A DNA stretch of 33,803 bases from a virus (IMGVR_UViG_3300027733_000013:1-33803); one strand, 5' to 3'; numbered from the stretch's first letter, positions 14,640-25,670 are shown. The notes: generated by a model not told the origin, from the sequence alone. Numbers and translations: made by a program.

Positions 14640-16847
14640 ATGACTAAAGTCGAGTTATATCTCAATACTGTTACGCAGTATGACAAAGAGTTTGCTAAAT
14701 GGTCTGGCCGCACAGATAAGATATTGCGCAGATACAGGGATGAACGCCAAGTTAATTCCATGCAATCACGTTATAACATGTTATGGGCTAACGTACAGAC
14801 TTTAAAAGCTGCTACCTTTTCACGCATGCCTAAACCGGATGTGTCACGCAGATTCAAAGACAATGATCCAGTAGGTAGAGTAGCATCCATGATCTTAGAA
14901 AGAGCAATGGACTTTGAGATTACTCACTATGAAGATTTAAAACATTGTTTAGAAGCGTCAGTATATGACAGATTCTTAGGTGGTCGTGGTACAGCATGGG
15001 TTCGTTATGAGCCTAAGATTGAGTCACAAGACTATGCAGTATCAGAACAAGATGAAGAATCAGAAGAAGCAGCAGAATACTTAGATTCAGAAGCAGCTCC
15101 AGTAGACTATGTACATTGGAAAGACTTTGGACATGAGCCAGCTAGAACATGGGATGAAGTAAATAGAGTATGGCGTAAAGTTTATATGACACGCCAGGCT
15201 TTAACAGAACGATTTGGTGAAGAACTAGGTAACAAAGTACCATTAGATTCATCACCTGATGACCAAAAATATAAAGACTCAGATGGTATAGGCAAAAAAG
15301 GCTTAGTTATTGAGCTATGGGATCGTGAAACTAAAAAGGTTTTATGGATCTCTAAATCATTAAACGAAATCTTAGATGAAAGAGCTGATCCTTTAGAGCT
15401 AGAAGAATTCTTCCCATGCCCTAAACCACTCTATTCAACAATTACTAATGAATCATTAGTACCAATCCCAGACTTCACATTATATCAAGATCAAGCTAAT
15501 GCTTTAGATATACTCTCTACACGCATTTCTGGACTCATAGACGCATTAAAAGTTCGTGGTGTATATGACGCATCAGAACCAACATTACAACGTTTATTTA
15601 CCGAAGGTGAAAACAATACACTTATCCCAGTTAAGAACTGGCCTGCTTTCTCTGAAAAGCAAGGTCTTAGAGGTGCGATTGATATTGTTGATATTACACC
15701 TATTGCTATGGCTCTCAAGAATGCTTATGAAGCTATGGCTCAGCTTAAACAAGAAATCTACGATATTACTGGTATATCTGACATTATTCGTGGTCAATCT
15801 AATGTTATAGAGACTGCAACATCAGCTCAGATCAAGAGTCAGTTTGCATCACTACGTTTAAAAGAATACCAAGACGCTGTAGCTTGCTATGCTTCACGCA
15901 TTTTAAAGATTAAAGCACAAATTATCTGCGGACAATTCCAACCAGAGACACTAATGAAGATTGGTGGCGTTGAACAGTTAAGCCCAACAGATCAAGCATT
16001 AGTACCACAAGCTATTGCTATGCTAAAAGACAATCCTATGCGTACATTCCGTATAGAAGTTGCTACAGACTCCATGCTTTACCAAGATGAACAGCAAGAA
16101 AAGGCTGATCGTGTAGAGTTCTTAGGTGCTGTAGGTACATACTTAGAGAAAGCTGTACAAGCTGCACAAGCTATGCCAGCAGAAGCAGTACCACTTATCA
16201 TGGACTTGCTCAAGTTTGGTGTTACAGGCTATAGAATTGGTAGAGTAATAGAAGGTGAGTTTGATAACGTGGCAGATGCTATAAAAGAACAATCTAAACA
16301 ACCTAAACAACCTAAACAAGATCCAGAAATGATTAAGATTCAGATGGAAGCACAAGCTAGACAAGCTGAACTACAAAATGAAACACAAATGCGTGAACAT
16401 GAAATACAATTAGAAGCTCAAAAACAAGAAGCTCAGGCACAAAACGACATGAAAGAACGTCAGCACAAAGCAGAGCTAGATCAAGCTTTAGAAAAACAAA
16501 GATTAGAGTTTGACGCTTGGAAAACTAAGCTAGACAATGAAACTAAAATGGTTATTGCTGAACTTCAAGCTAAAACAACACTCAAACAACAATACATGCA
16601 AGCTAATCCTTTAGCTGATCCACTTGTTGATATTGACATGAACGGAAATATGCACTTAACAGATGAAATCTCTGGTGTATTGCATGCAGTTAATACAAAC
16701 GTGGCAGAACTTATCCAAGCTAACCAAATGCACAATCAAGAATTGGCTATGAAACAAGAAATGGCACATCAAGCACTTGTTGAACACATGACTAGACCTA
16801 AGACAATTGTTCGTGATGCGAATGGTAAGATTATAGGGGTTAAATAA
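14640..16847 (+). CDS. Portal protein with long C-terminal coiled coil
   Basis: 735 aa after terL; DITGISDIIRG, ETATSAQIK; Q/E-rich barrel-like tail. Confidence 0.85.
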   Translation: MTKVELYLNTVTQYDKEFAKWSGRTDKILRRYRDERQVNSMQSRYNMLWANVQTLKAATFSRMPKPDVSRRFKDNDPVGRVASMILERAMDFEITHYEDLKHCLEASVYDRFLGGRGTAWVRYEPKIESQDYAVSEQDEESEEAAEYLDSEAAPVDYVHWKDFGHEPARTWDEVNRVWRKVYMTRQALTERFGEELGNKVPLDSSPDDQKYKDSDGIGKKGLVIELWDRETKKVLWISKSLNEILDERADPLELEEFFPCPKPLYSTITNESLVPIPDFTLYQDQANALDILSTRISGLIDALKVRGVYDASEPTLQRLFTEGENNTLIPVKNWPAFSEKQGLRGAIDIVDITPIAMALKNAYEAMAQLKQEIYDITGISDIIRGQSNVIETATSAQIKSQFASLRLKEYQDAVACYASRILKIKAQIICGQFQPETLMKIGGVEQLSPTDQALVPQAIAMLKDNPMRTFRIEVATDSMLYQDEQQEKADRVEFLGAVGTYLEKAVQAAQAMPAEAVPLIMDLLKFGVTGYRIGRVIEGEFDNVADAIKEQSKQPKQPKQDPEMIKIQMEAQARQAELQNETQMREHEIQLEAQKQEAQAQNDMKERQHKAELDQALEKQRLEFDAWKTKLDNETKMVIAELQAKTTLKQQYMQANPLADPLVDIDMNGNMHLTDEISGVLHAVNTNVAELIQANQMHNQELAMKQEMAHQALVEHMTRPKTIVRDANGKIIGVK

Positions 16848-19396
16848 TGGCTATAACCATTAAACATGCCAAGACGGATAGTATAGCGGATTGGACTCAA
16901 GCTGATTTAGATGCACAGATTGCATTAGGTAACTTTCCACCTGGCACACTATTAGCTAACATTGTATTACCTTCTGATTGGAATAACGATCATACAGTAT
17001 CAGGTACAATTGCTATTGCTAATGGTGGTACAGGTCAAACTACAGCAAATGCAGCTATTAATGCTTTATTGCCTAGCCAAACAAGTCAATCAGGTAAAGT
17101 ATTAAGCACAAACGGTACAGATACATCATGGATTGCAGTAGGCGGATCAGGAACAGTTACTTCTGTTACAGGAACAGCTCCAGTATCAGTAGCTACAGGT
17201 ACAACTACTCCAGTTATATCTATGGCAGCAGCTACAAGCTCTGTAAACGGATACTTAACATCTACTGATTGGACTACGTTTAATAGCAAAGGTAACGGTA
17301 CAGTAACATCTGTAGCATTATCTGCACCATCTATATTTACCGTGTCAGGAAGCCCAATAACATCTTCTGGCACTATTTCGCTTACATATTCAGGAACAGC
17401 ATTACCAGTATTAAACGGTGGTACAGGCGTTACTACATCAAGCGGTGCTAATTCTGTAGTATTAAGAGACGCCAATGCAAATATAACAACAAATTGTTTA
17501 TTTGAAGGTTTTACTAGCCAAGCTGCTGGAACATTAATTACTTTAACTGCTTCATCTGTTCAAAATTGGAATATTACAGGTTCAGGTGGTCAAACAATAA
17601 AACTACCAAATGCTACTACATTGCCTAATGGTGCATTATTTACATTTAATAATAATCAGTCATCAGGCGCAATTACTGTTCAAAATAATTCTAGCACTAC
17701 TGTTGATACATTACAATCAGGTGCTTTTAGCACAGTAACTTTATTAGATAATTCAACTGCTGCTGGAAATTGGGATAGACATAATCAATCACCATCTAAC
17801 GTATCATGGTCTACAAATACATTTGATTATGCTGGCTCTATAACATCAGCCACATGGAATGGTAATGCCATAGCATTAAATCGTGGTGGCACAAATGCTA
17901 ACTTAACAGCAGTAAATGGTGGTGCAGTATATTCTACAGGATCAGCATTAGCTATTACTGCAGCAGGAACAAGCGGTCAAGTATTAACATCTAGTGGTGC
18001 AGGTGCGCCAACATGGACAACACCTACTACAGGAACAGTTACAAGCGTTACAGCTACTAGCCCAGTCACAAGCACAGGTGGAACTACACCAGTTATAGCT
18101 ATGCCAGCAGCTACTACATCTGTAAATGGTTATCTTACAAGTACAGACTGGACTACCTTTAATAATAAGGGTTCAGGAACAGTCACAAGCGTTGCAGCTT
18201 TAACATTAGGCACAACAGGTACAGATTTAAGCTCAAGCGTAGCTACAGGAACAACGACACCTGTTATTACTTTAAATGTACCTACAGCATCAGCTACAAA
18301 TCGTGGTGTATTGTCATCTGCTGATTGGACTACGTTTAATAATAAGGGTTCAGGTAGTGTAACTTCTGTAGCTTTAACAGCACCATCTATATTTACTGTA
18401 ACTGGTAGCCCTGTAACAACGTCAGGAACTTTAGCTTTAACATATTCAGGTACAGCTTTACCAATCCTTAACGGTGGAACAGGACAGACTACAGCTTCAG
18501 CAGCATTTAATGCTTTAAGCCCATTAACCACAGCAGGTGATGTACTTTATGGTGGCACAAGTGGTGCAGGTACTAGATTAGCTATAGGTACAGCAGGACA
18601 AGTATTAACAGTAAATGCTGGTGCAACAGCTCCACAATGGTCTACGCCAGCAACAGGTACAGTAACATCAGTATCAGTAGCATCAGCTAATGGATTTGCA
18701 GGAACAGTAGCTACAGCAACAACTACTCCAGCTATTACTATTTCAACATCTATTACAGGTATCTTGTCAGGTAACGGAACTGCAATATCAGCAGCAACTA
18801 CTACAGGATCAGGCAACGTAGTATTAGCAACAAGCCCTACATTAGTAACTCCAACATTAGGTGTAGCATCTGCAACATCTATAAACAAGGTTACAGTAAC
18901 AGCACCGGCTACTAGCTCAACATTAACAATTGCAGACGGATCTACTTTAGCTACTTCAGGTGCATTTAGTACAACACTAACTGCAACAGCTACAACAAAC
19001 ATAACATTGCCTACAACAGGCACATTAGCTACATTAGCTGGATCAGAAACATTTACTAATAAGACGCTAACTAACCCTACAATAACAAACTACACAGAAA
19101 CACTATATACAGTAACTGGTAGTGCAACATTAGCTCTAACAAACGGTACAATACAAAAAGTAACAACATCTGGCTCTACTACAATTACATTGCCAGCAAG
19201 TGCAACAGGTAAATCATTTACTGTAATCGTAAGTTATGCAGCAGCAGACTCTATTACATGGGCTGGTGGTTCTACAATTAAATGGGCTGGTGGTACAACA
19301 CCAACACCTACATCAGCAACTGGTAAAATTGATATATTTAATTTTTATCAAGATGGCACTAATACTTATGGATCTATCTTCGGACAAAATTACTAA
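16847..19396 (+). CDS. Long fibre protein with internal repeats
   Basis: Repeated GTVTSV, DWTTFN(S/N)KG and NGGTG motifs; T/S/G/A-rich. Confidence 0.75.
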   Translation: MAITIKHAKTDSIADWTQADLDAQIALGNFPPGTLLANIVLPSDWNNDHTVSGTIAIANGGTGQTTANAAINALLPSQTSQSGKVLSTNGTDTSWIAVGGSGTVTSVTGTAPVSVATGTTTPVISMAAATSSVNGYLTSTDWTTFNSKGNGTVTSVALSAPSIFTVSGSPITSSGTISLTYSGTALPVLNGGTGVTTSSGANSVVLRDANANITTNCLFEGFTSQAAGTLITLTASSVQNWNITGSGGQTIKLPNATTLPNGALFTFNNNQSSGAITVQNNSSTTVDTLQSGAFSTVTLLDNSTAAGNWDRHNQSPSNVSWSTNTFDYAGSITSATWNGNAIALNRGGTNANLTAVNGGAVYSTGSALAITAAGTSGQVLTSSGAGAPTWTTPTTGTVTSVTATSPVTSTGGTTPVIAMPAATTSVNGYLTSTDWTTFNNKGSGTVTSVAALTLGTTGTDLSSSVATGTTTPVITLNVPTASATNRGVLSSADWTTFNNKGSGSVTSVALTAPSIFTVTGSPVTTSGTLALTYSGTALPILNGGTGQTTASAAFNALSPLTTAGDVLYGGTSGAGTRLAIGTAGQVLTVNAGATAPQWSTPATGTVTSVSVASANGFAGTVATATTTPAITISTSITGILSGNGTAISAATTTGSGNVVLATSPTLVTPTLGVASATSINKVTVTAPATSSTLTIADGSTLATSGAFSTTLTATATTNITLPTTGTLATLAGSETFTNKTLTNPTITNYTETLYTVTGSATLALTNGTIQKVTTSGSTTITLPASATGKSFTVIVSYAAADSITWAGGSTIKWAGGTTPTPTSATGKIDIFNFYQDGTNTYGSIFGQNY

Positions 19397-21738
19397 TGTT
19401 TAGTGCAGCAAAATCAGGCACAGTACCATCAGCATTTACTGTAAATAACTCTTTAAGATTTAGAGCTAGTGCATCTGCTTATCTTAATAGAACACCAGCA
19501 AGTGCTGGGTCAAGAACTACTTGGACAGTATCATTTTGGGCAAAATTAGGAGCTTTAACAGGAACTACTAATTTATTTTGTGCTGGTCCAGCAGGGGTAG
19601 AAACAGAATTAAGATATGGATACAATACAACAAGCACATTTTCATTTTCAGTAAATGGAACTACTACTTTTATTGCTACAACTGCATTATATCGTGACCC
19701 ATCTGCTTGGTATCATATTGTTGTTGTTGCAGACACTACAAATGCTACATCTACAGAAAGATTTAAGTTATATATAAATAATACATTACAAACATTTACT
19801 ACAGCAACACAGCCATCTCAAAATACAGCTATGAGTTGGAATAATAATGTATTACACTACATTGGTCGTAGAGTTGGAGCTTCTGATTATTATGATGGAT
19901 ATATTTCAGAATTTTATTCTATTGATGGTCAAGCCCTAACACCATCATCATTTGGCTCTACAAACGCAACCACAGGTGTATGGCAACCAGCTAAATACAC
20001 AGGTACTTATGGCACTAACGGATTCTACCTAAACTTTAACAGCATAGCCCTTACTTCAGGTTCTAACACAGGTCTTGGTAAAGACAATTCAGGTAACGGA
20101 AACTATTTTAATACTAACAATATATCTGTAACTGCTGGCACAACCTATGATGCTATGACAGATGTACCTACGCTAACAAGTGCTACTGCAGCTAATTATT
20201 CTGTATTAAATCCTATAGATTCTTCAGGAAAAGTTATAGCTGGGGCAAATTTAAATTTTTCTGGTACAGCTAATGGTATTGTAAAAGCATCTATTGGTAT
20301 GTCTAGTGGTAAATGGTACTGTGAAGTTACTAACAATGCAGCTAATGATACTATGTTGGGTATTTGTACACAATCTACAGCACCAACTATAGCTTATTTA
20401 GGTACAAATACTACAAGTTGGTCATATCGTAGTGGTGGAACTAAATTTACCAATGCTACAAGTTCTGCTTATGGTTCATCATATACAACTAATGATATTA
20501 TTGGTATAGCTTTTGATGCTGATGCAGGTTCACTTACATTTTATAAAAATAATGTATCACAAGGAGTTGCTTTTTCAAGTCTAGCTGCTAATACTTATGT
20601 ATTTGCTGCTGGTAATAATGCGGCAACAAATGACTGTTCATTTAATTTTGGACAACGACCTTTTACTTATACACCACCTTCAGGCTATGTAGCACTAAAC
20701 ACATATAACCTACCTGATAGCACTGTTGTAAAAGGTAATAGTTATATGGATGCAACGCTATATACAGGAAACAATACAGGGCAAACAATTACTAATGCAG
20801 GAGCATTTAAACCTGATTTAGTGTGGGTAAAAGTTAGAAGTACTTCATATAGTAATACTTTAGTAAATTCTGTTATGGGATTGGGAAATGCTTTATTTTC
20901 TGACACTACAGGTGCAGTTACTGCCACAAGTGAATATACAAGTTTTAATGCAAATGGATTTACTTTAGGCGCAACAGGCTCAACTGCATCTAATGTAAGT
21001 GGAGCTACTTATGTAGCATGGCAATGGCAAGCTGGTCAATCTAGTGGAGCATCTAATACTTCAGGCTCTATAACATCTACAGTGTCTGTAAGCGCAACTG
21101 CTGGGTTTAGTGTGGTGACTTATACAGGAACAGGTGCTAATGCAACAGTAGGACATGGGTTAGGTGTTGCACCAAAAATGGTTATTATAAAAAGAAGAAG
21201 TGCTGTTGAATCATGGGTTGTATATCATGCAAATTTAACTTCAGCAGCTTACAGATTAGTATTAAATGGAACAAATGCAGAAGGTTCAGTTCCAGCAGTT
21301 TTTAATAGTACAGCACCTACTTCATCTGTATTTAGTATAGGAACTGATACAAGCACAAATGGTTCTGCAACTACTTATGTAGCTTATTGTTGGTCAGAAA
21401 TAGCAGGATTTAGTAAATTTGGTTCTTACACAGGAAATAGCTCTACAAATGGAACTTTTGTATATACAGGTTTCAGACCTAAATTTATTTTGATAAAAAG
21501 AAGTAGTGCAATAGAGTCTTGGATAATCATTGATACATCAAGAGATACATATAATGTGGCTTTTAAACGTCTTATTCCAAATAGTTCTTCTGCAGAGAAT
21601 ACTGCAGATACAACAACAGTAGATATTTTATCTAATGGTTTTAAATTAAGAAGTGTTGATACAGCAACAAATAGTAGTGGAACATATATATATGCTGCTT
21701 TTGCAGAAAATCCATTTAAAAACGCTAACGCAAGATAA
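19396..21738 (+). CDS. Concanavalin A-like (LamG) / SPRY multi-domain adhesin
   Basis: TWTVSFWAK, WYHIVV, SSGKWYCEV, IGIAFDADAG.LTFYKN, repeated YTG.G modules. Confidence 0.8.
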   Translation: MFSAAKSGTVPSAFTVNNSLRFRASASAYLNRTPASAGSRTTWTVSFWAKLGALTGTTNLFCAGPAGVETELRYGYNTTSTFSFSVNGTTTFIATTALYRDPSAWYHIVVVADTTNATSTERFKLYINNTLQTFTTATQPSQNTAMSWNNNVLHYIGRRVGASDYYDGYISEFYSIDGQALTPSSFGSTNATTGVWQPAKYTGTYGTNGFYLNFNSIALTSGSNTGLGKDNSGNGNYFNTNNISVTAGTTYDAMTDVPTLTSATAANYSVLNPIDSSGKVIAGANLNFSGTANGIVKASIGMSSGKWYCEVTNNAANDTMLGICTQSTAPTIAYLGTNTTSWSYRSGGTKFTNATSSAYGSSYTTNDIIGIAFDADAGSLTFYKNNVSQGVAFSSLAANTYVFAAGNNAATNDCSFNFGQRPFTYTPPSGYVALNTYNLPDSTVVKGNSYMDATLYTGNNTGQTITNAGAFKPDLVWVKVRSTSYSNTLVNSVMGLGNALFSDTTGAVTATSEYTSFNANGFTLGATGSTASNVSGATYVAWQWQAGQSSGASNTSGSITSTVSVSATAGFSVVTYTGTGANATVGHGLGVAPKMVIIKRRSAVESWVVYHANLTSAAYRLVLNGTNAEGSVPAVFNSTAPTSSVFSIGTDTSTNGSATTYVAYCWSEIAGFSKFGSYTGNSSTNGTFVYTGFRPKFILIKRSSAIESWIIIDTSRDTYNVAFKRLIPNSSSAENTADTTTVDILSNGFKLRSVDTATNSSGTYIYAAFAENPFKNANAR

Positions 21739-21746
21739 GGAAAAAC

Positions 21747-22232
21747 ATGTTTTATTCATCAACAGACGGACAATATATACAGCCAGGCAATCAATTTGCG
21801 ATTGATGGCGTAGAATATCCATCTAATTGGCTTAATCTATCTACACCAGAAGAAAAAGCTGCTATTGGATTGGAAGATGTAATAGCTACAAATAGTCCAC
21901 AGTCAGATGTTTACTATTGGGTATCTACAGAGCTAGATAAAGCTACTTTAACTTATGTAAATACTCCTAAAGAGTTAGCAAGCGTAAAAACTAATGCTAT
22001 TAGCCAAATTAACGCTACAGCTTATAGTTTATTATTTCCTAGCGATTGGATGGTAGTAAAAGCCTTTGAAACATCTACAGCTATTCCATCCACATGGAAC
22101 ACATGGCGTGCTACAATTAGAACTCAAGCTCAAAGTGCTATTACAGCTATAGAAGCTGCAACTAATGTAGACGAAGTAGCTACCGCTGCACAAGTGCAAT
22201 GGACTTCTAATCCTGATGCACCGATTGTTTAA
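21747..22232 (+). CDS. Fibre assembly chaperone-like protein
   Basis: LL.PSDWMVVK...W.TWR..IR; follows the fibre/adhesin genes. Confidence 0.55.
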   Translation: MFYSSTDGQYIQPGNQFAIDGVEYPSNWLNLSTPEEKAAIGLEDVIATNSPQSDVYYWVSTELDKATLTYVNTPKELASVKTNAISQINATAYSLLFPSDWMVVKAFETSTAIPSTWNTWRATIRTQAQSAITAIEAATNVDEVATAAQVQWTSNPDAPIV

Positions 22233-22241
22233 GTAACATTT

Positions 22242-22625
22242 ATGTATTACTCTGGCTTTCAAAGTAATGCGTTTCAAAGTAATGCGTTTCAGATCGTATC
22301 TAATGTTACGCCACCACCAATTACAATTGTTTCTAAAGGTGGATTTAAGAAAGAACGTACACATAACAGATCATTTAAGCAAACTGTAAAAGAATCGCTT
22401 AGAGAACTATTAGATGATCCTGTAGCAGTAGAACAAGTAAAAGATATAGTAGCACCTTACTCTAATTCTAAAACGCTTACAGCAAGCTCTATAGACTTTA
22501 AATTACTGTCACAAAATGTAGCTGCAGCAGAGCGCATTATCATGCTTGCACAGCAATTACATTATGAAAGATTAGAAGCGCAACGTGAAATGGAAGATGA
22601 AGAAGCAATACTGCTTTTAATCTAA
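22242..22625 (+). CDS. Hypothetical protein with N-terminal FQSNA repeat
   Basis: FQSNAFQSNAFQ; C-terminal EDEEAILLLI. Confidence 0.65.
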   Translation: MYYSGFQSNAFQSNAFQIVSNVTPPPITIVSKGGFKKERTHNRSFKQTVKESLRELLDDPVAVEQVKDIVAPYSNSKTLTASSIDFKLLSQNVAAAERIIMLAQQLHYERLEAQREMEDEEAILLLI

Positions 22626-22632
22626 GGATAAT

Positions 22633-22959
22633 ATGATAAATTATATTTGGACTGTTACAGCAATGTATACACTACCTATGGTAGAAGGTTATACAGATGT
22701 TGTAGTTATTGCAGACTGGACACTAACTGGTATTAGTGGTGAATATTCATCATATAAAAGCGATAGCACTCAATTTAATTTACCACAAGGTGAAAACTTT
22801 ACACCTTATGAAGATTTAACAGAAGTACAGGTAGTAGGCTGGGTAAAAGAAACTATTGGCTCAACAGCTATAGAACAATACGAAGCTAAGATTGCTAATG
22901 ACATCTATCATCAAGAGCATCCGCCTGTAACAGCTATGAAACAACCATTACCTTTTTAA
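22633..22959 (+). CDS. Hypothetical phage protein
   Basis: FTPYEDLTE.QV.GWV, ends PLPF; AAGGA RBS. Confidence 0.7.
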   Translation: MINYIWTVTAMYTLPMVEGYTDVVVIADWTLTGISGEYSSYKSDSTQFNLPQGENFTPYEDLTEVQVVGWVKETIGSTAIEQYEAKIANDIYHQEHPPVTAMKQPLPF

Positions 22960-22960
22960 T

Positions 22961-23242
22961 ATGGCTAGATATATACAAGATCCAGTAACACATAAACTTA
23001 TTCCTGCTGACGAATACTATACACAGGAATCTAATTCACATTACATTATGGCTGATTATCAACCATATCAGTCTATGGTGACAGGTGAGATGATAGAAGG
23101 TCGTAAAGCACATAGAGAGCATTTAAAACGTCACAATCTAGTAGTGGCGGAACAGAGTTCAGCAAGACCACAGAAGCCTGACGGTGGTCAGTTGAAAGAA
23201 CAGTTGGCACGTCAGGTATATGAAAAACTACGTTATAAATAA
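22961..23242 (+). CDS. Hypothetical phage protein
   Basis: D.QPYQSMVTGEMI.GR..HREHLK. Confidence 0.7.
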   Translation: MARYIQDPVTHKLIPADEYYTQESNSHYIMADYQPYQSMVTGEMIEGRKAHREHLKRHNLVVAEQSSARPQKPDGGQLKEQLARQVYEKLRYK

Positions 23243-23252
23243 GGAGCAATAA

Positions 23253-23618
23253 ATGACAACAACAGTAAATTTAATGGGTAGTGGTAGCTCTGGTCTAAAC
23301 GCTGAAGCAATCACAGGTATTATCTCACTAGCACAAACAGCATCAGGATCTGCACAAGGTTCACAAACAATGCCTACAGACATTGTAGTATATTCTACAT
23401 CTACAGCATCTTATGGCCCAACTTTATCATCTACAGCACAATCAGGTGACAGTTTTATCGTTATAAACAATACAGCTAACTCAATCAATGTATGGCCACC
23501 AGTAGGTTATAAAATTGGTACAGGCTCTACAGATGCTGCTAAAGCAGTTGGTGCAGGTAAAGTTTGTACATTCTATGCTTTAGGTGATGGAAACTACGCA
23601 GCACTATTATCAGCATAA
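23253..23618 (+). CDS. Putative virion decoration protein
   Basis: AAGGAG RBS; S/T/G/A-rich; just upstream of the scaffold gene. Confidence 0.55.
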   Translation: MTTTVNLMGSGSSGLNAEAITGIISLAQTASGSAQGSQTMPTDIVVYSTSTASYGPTLSSTAQSGDSFIVINNTANSINVWPPVGYKIGTGSTDAAKAVGAGKVCTFYALGDGNYAALLSA

Positions 23619-23642
23619 TTTAATAACAATTAGGAGTAACAA

Positions 23643-24632
23643 ATGGATAACCAGACTACTCTGGAATCACCATCTTTGCGTGACCAAATAGAAAGTGCAG
23701 TAGAAACAGTATCAGAAGCACCAGAAGTTGTAGAAACGGAAATATCAGATAAGCCAAGAGACGAATCTGGTAAGTTTAAAAGCACTAAAGAAGTGACAGA
23801 AGAAACACCAAGTGAAGTCCAAGAAGAAGTCTCATTAGAAGCTAAACCTGCTAAACCAAGACCATCTTCATGGAAAAAAGACTATGAAGAATCATGGGGT
23901 AAATTAGATCCTACATTACAGGATTATATTTCTCAACGTGAATCAGACTTTGCTAAAGGTGTTTCTACTTACAAAGCTCAATGGGATCAAGCTCAACCTA
24001 TTTTAAATAGTATTGAAAAGTTTGCTCCTGTATTACAACAAAATGGTGTTGATCCAGCACAATGGATTAATAGCTTAGGTACTGCACATCAAACTTTGGT
24101 ATTTGGTAATCCTGACCAAAAATTACAGATGTTTGCGCAATTAGCAAACGATTATGGTGTTGATCTAAATGGATTGTTAGGCGGTGGACAACAAACTAGC
24201 CCACAATTCTCTATGATCGCACAGGAATTAAGCCAGATTAAAAATCAATGGCAACAATTCCAATCGCAACAAGAACAAATGGAACAAACCCAATTAAAGG
24301 GTGAAATCGAATCTTTTAGTAAGGACAAACCTTACTTTGATGACGTCAGAGAAACTATGGCTGGACTACTCCAAAACAATATGGCTTCTGACTTGAATAC
24401 TGCTTACGACAAAGCAATCCGTTTACATGATGACATTTGGCAAAAGGTACAGTCTGAACAGACTAAATCTAGCCAAACAGAGCAGAAAAGTAAACTTGCC
24501 CTAGTCAAAGCTAAGGCTATATCCCCTAAGTCAAGCTCGCCTACAGCGAATGTGAGTCTAGGTGGTAAAGGCAATAATCTTCGTGACCAATTAGCGTCTA
24601 TTGTAGACACTTTTTCCAGCGAAAATATTTAA
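23643..24632 (+). CDS. Capsid scaffolding protein
   Basis: Acidic N-terminus with RDESGKF, P.SWKK, Q-rich helices; precedes the MCP. Confidence 0.75.
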   Translation: MDNQTTLESPSLRDQIESAVETVSEAPEVVETEISDKPRDESGKFKSTKEVTEETPSEVQEEVSLEAKPAKPRPSSWKKDYEESWGKLDPTLQDYISQRESDFAKGVSTYKAQWDQAQPILNSIEKFAPVLQQNGVDPAQWINSLGTAHQTLVFGNPDQKLQMFAQLANDYGVDLNGLLGGGQQTSPQFSMIAQELSQIKNQWQQFQSQQEQMEQTQLKGEIESFSKDKPYFDDVRETMAGLLQNNMASDLNTAYDKAIRLHDDIWQKVQSEQTKSSQTEQKSKLALVKAKAISPKSSSPTANVSLGGKGNNLRDQLASIVDTFSSENI

Positions 24633-24656
24633 TTAAACTAACAAAGGAGTTTTACT

Positions 24657-25652
24657 ATGGCATTTGCCAATTCTTCAGTTAGTGACATTATCGCTACCAC
24701 CATTCAATCTCGTTCTGGTGAATTAGCTGACAACGTAACTAACAATAATCCGCTTCTATTAAAATTGAAGTCAAAGGGTAATGTACGCCCATTTTCAGGC
24801 GGTAACGTCATTTTAGAAGAAATCATGTACAATGATTCTTCAACAAACAACACTAACTCATATAGTGGCTTTGAAACATTAAACATTTCTCCAAATAGCC
24901 CAATTTCTGCAGCTCAATTCAGCATTGCTCAATACGCTTCAGCAGTTACTATTTCTGGTCTTGAAATGTTACAAAACTCTGGTAAGGAAGCAATCATTGA
25001 CTTACTAGAAGGCCGTATCAAAGTAGCAGAAGCACAATTAGCTAACCGTATCAACCTTGACCTTTATGGTAACGGTACTGGTAACGGTGGTAAGAACCTA
25101 ACTGGTTTAGCAGCAGCAGTTGCTGATAGCCCATCAAGCGGTACTTACGGTGGTATCAATCGTGCTACATGGACATTCTGGCAAAACCAAGCGTTTTCTG
25201 GCGTGACTAACGGTGGTGCAGCAGTTTCAGCAGCTAACATTCAATCTTACATGACTCAATTAGCTATCAAGCTAGTTCGTGGTACTGATAAGGCTGACTT
25301 AATCGTTGCAGATAACAACTACTACAACCTATATGTAAATAGCTTACAAGCAATCCAACGTGTAACTGATCCAGAAATGGCCGGTTCAGGTTTCGCTTCA
25401 CTCAAATTCTACGGTGGCGGTACATCTGCTGACGTGGTACTTGGTGGCGGTATTGGTGCGCAAGAACCAGCTAACCACATGTATTTCTTAAACACAGACT
25501 ACATTTTCTTCCGCCCACACAAAGACAGAAACTTTGTGCCAATCGGTGGTGAACGTCAATCTGTAAATCAAGACGCAATCGTTAAATTAATCGGCTGGGC
25601 AGGTAATCTTACTACTTCAGGCGCACAATTCAACGGTGTGTTAACAGCTTAA
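24657..25652 (+). CDS. Major capsid protein
   Basis: 331 aa; strongly biased codons; LADNV..NNPLL, SGG..I, GTYGGINR, YFLNT.Y, WAGNLT; AAAGGAG RBS. Confidence 0.88.
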   Translation: MAFANSSVSDIIATTIQSRSGELADNVTNNNPLLLKLKSKGNVRPFSGGNVILEEIMYNDSSTNNTNSYSGFETLNISPNSPISAAQFSIAQYASAVTISGLEMLQNSGKEAIIDLLEGRIKVAEAQLANRINLDLYGNGTGNGGKNLTGLAAAVADSPSSGTYGGINRATWTFWQNQAFSGVTNGGAAVSAANIQSYMTQLAIKLVRGTDKADLIVADNNYYNLYVNSLQAIQRVTDPEMAGSGFASLKFYGGGTSADVVLGGGIGAQEPANHMYFLNTDYIFFRPHKDRNFVPIGGERQSVNQDAIVKLIGWAGNLTTSGAQFNGVLTA

Positions 25653-25670
25653 TTAAAGGGAGAATATAAC

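Noticed and set aside
17086-19023. Long minus-strand ORFs opposite the fibre gene (also 312..518, 20742..20927, 32437..32649)
   Set aside because: Expected antisense shadows of Thr/Gly/Ala-rich codons
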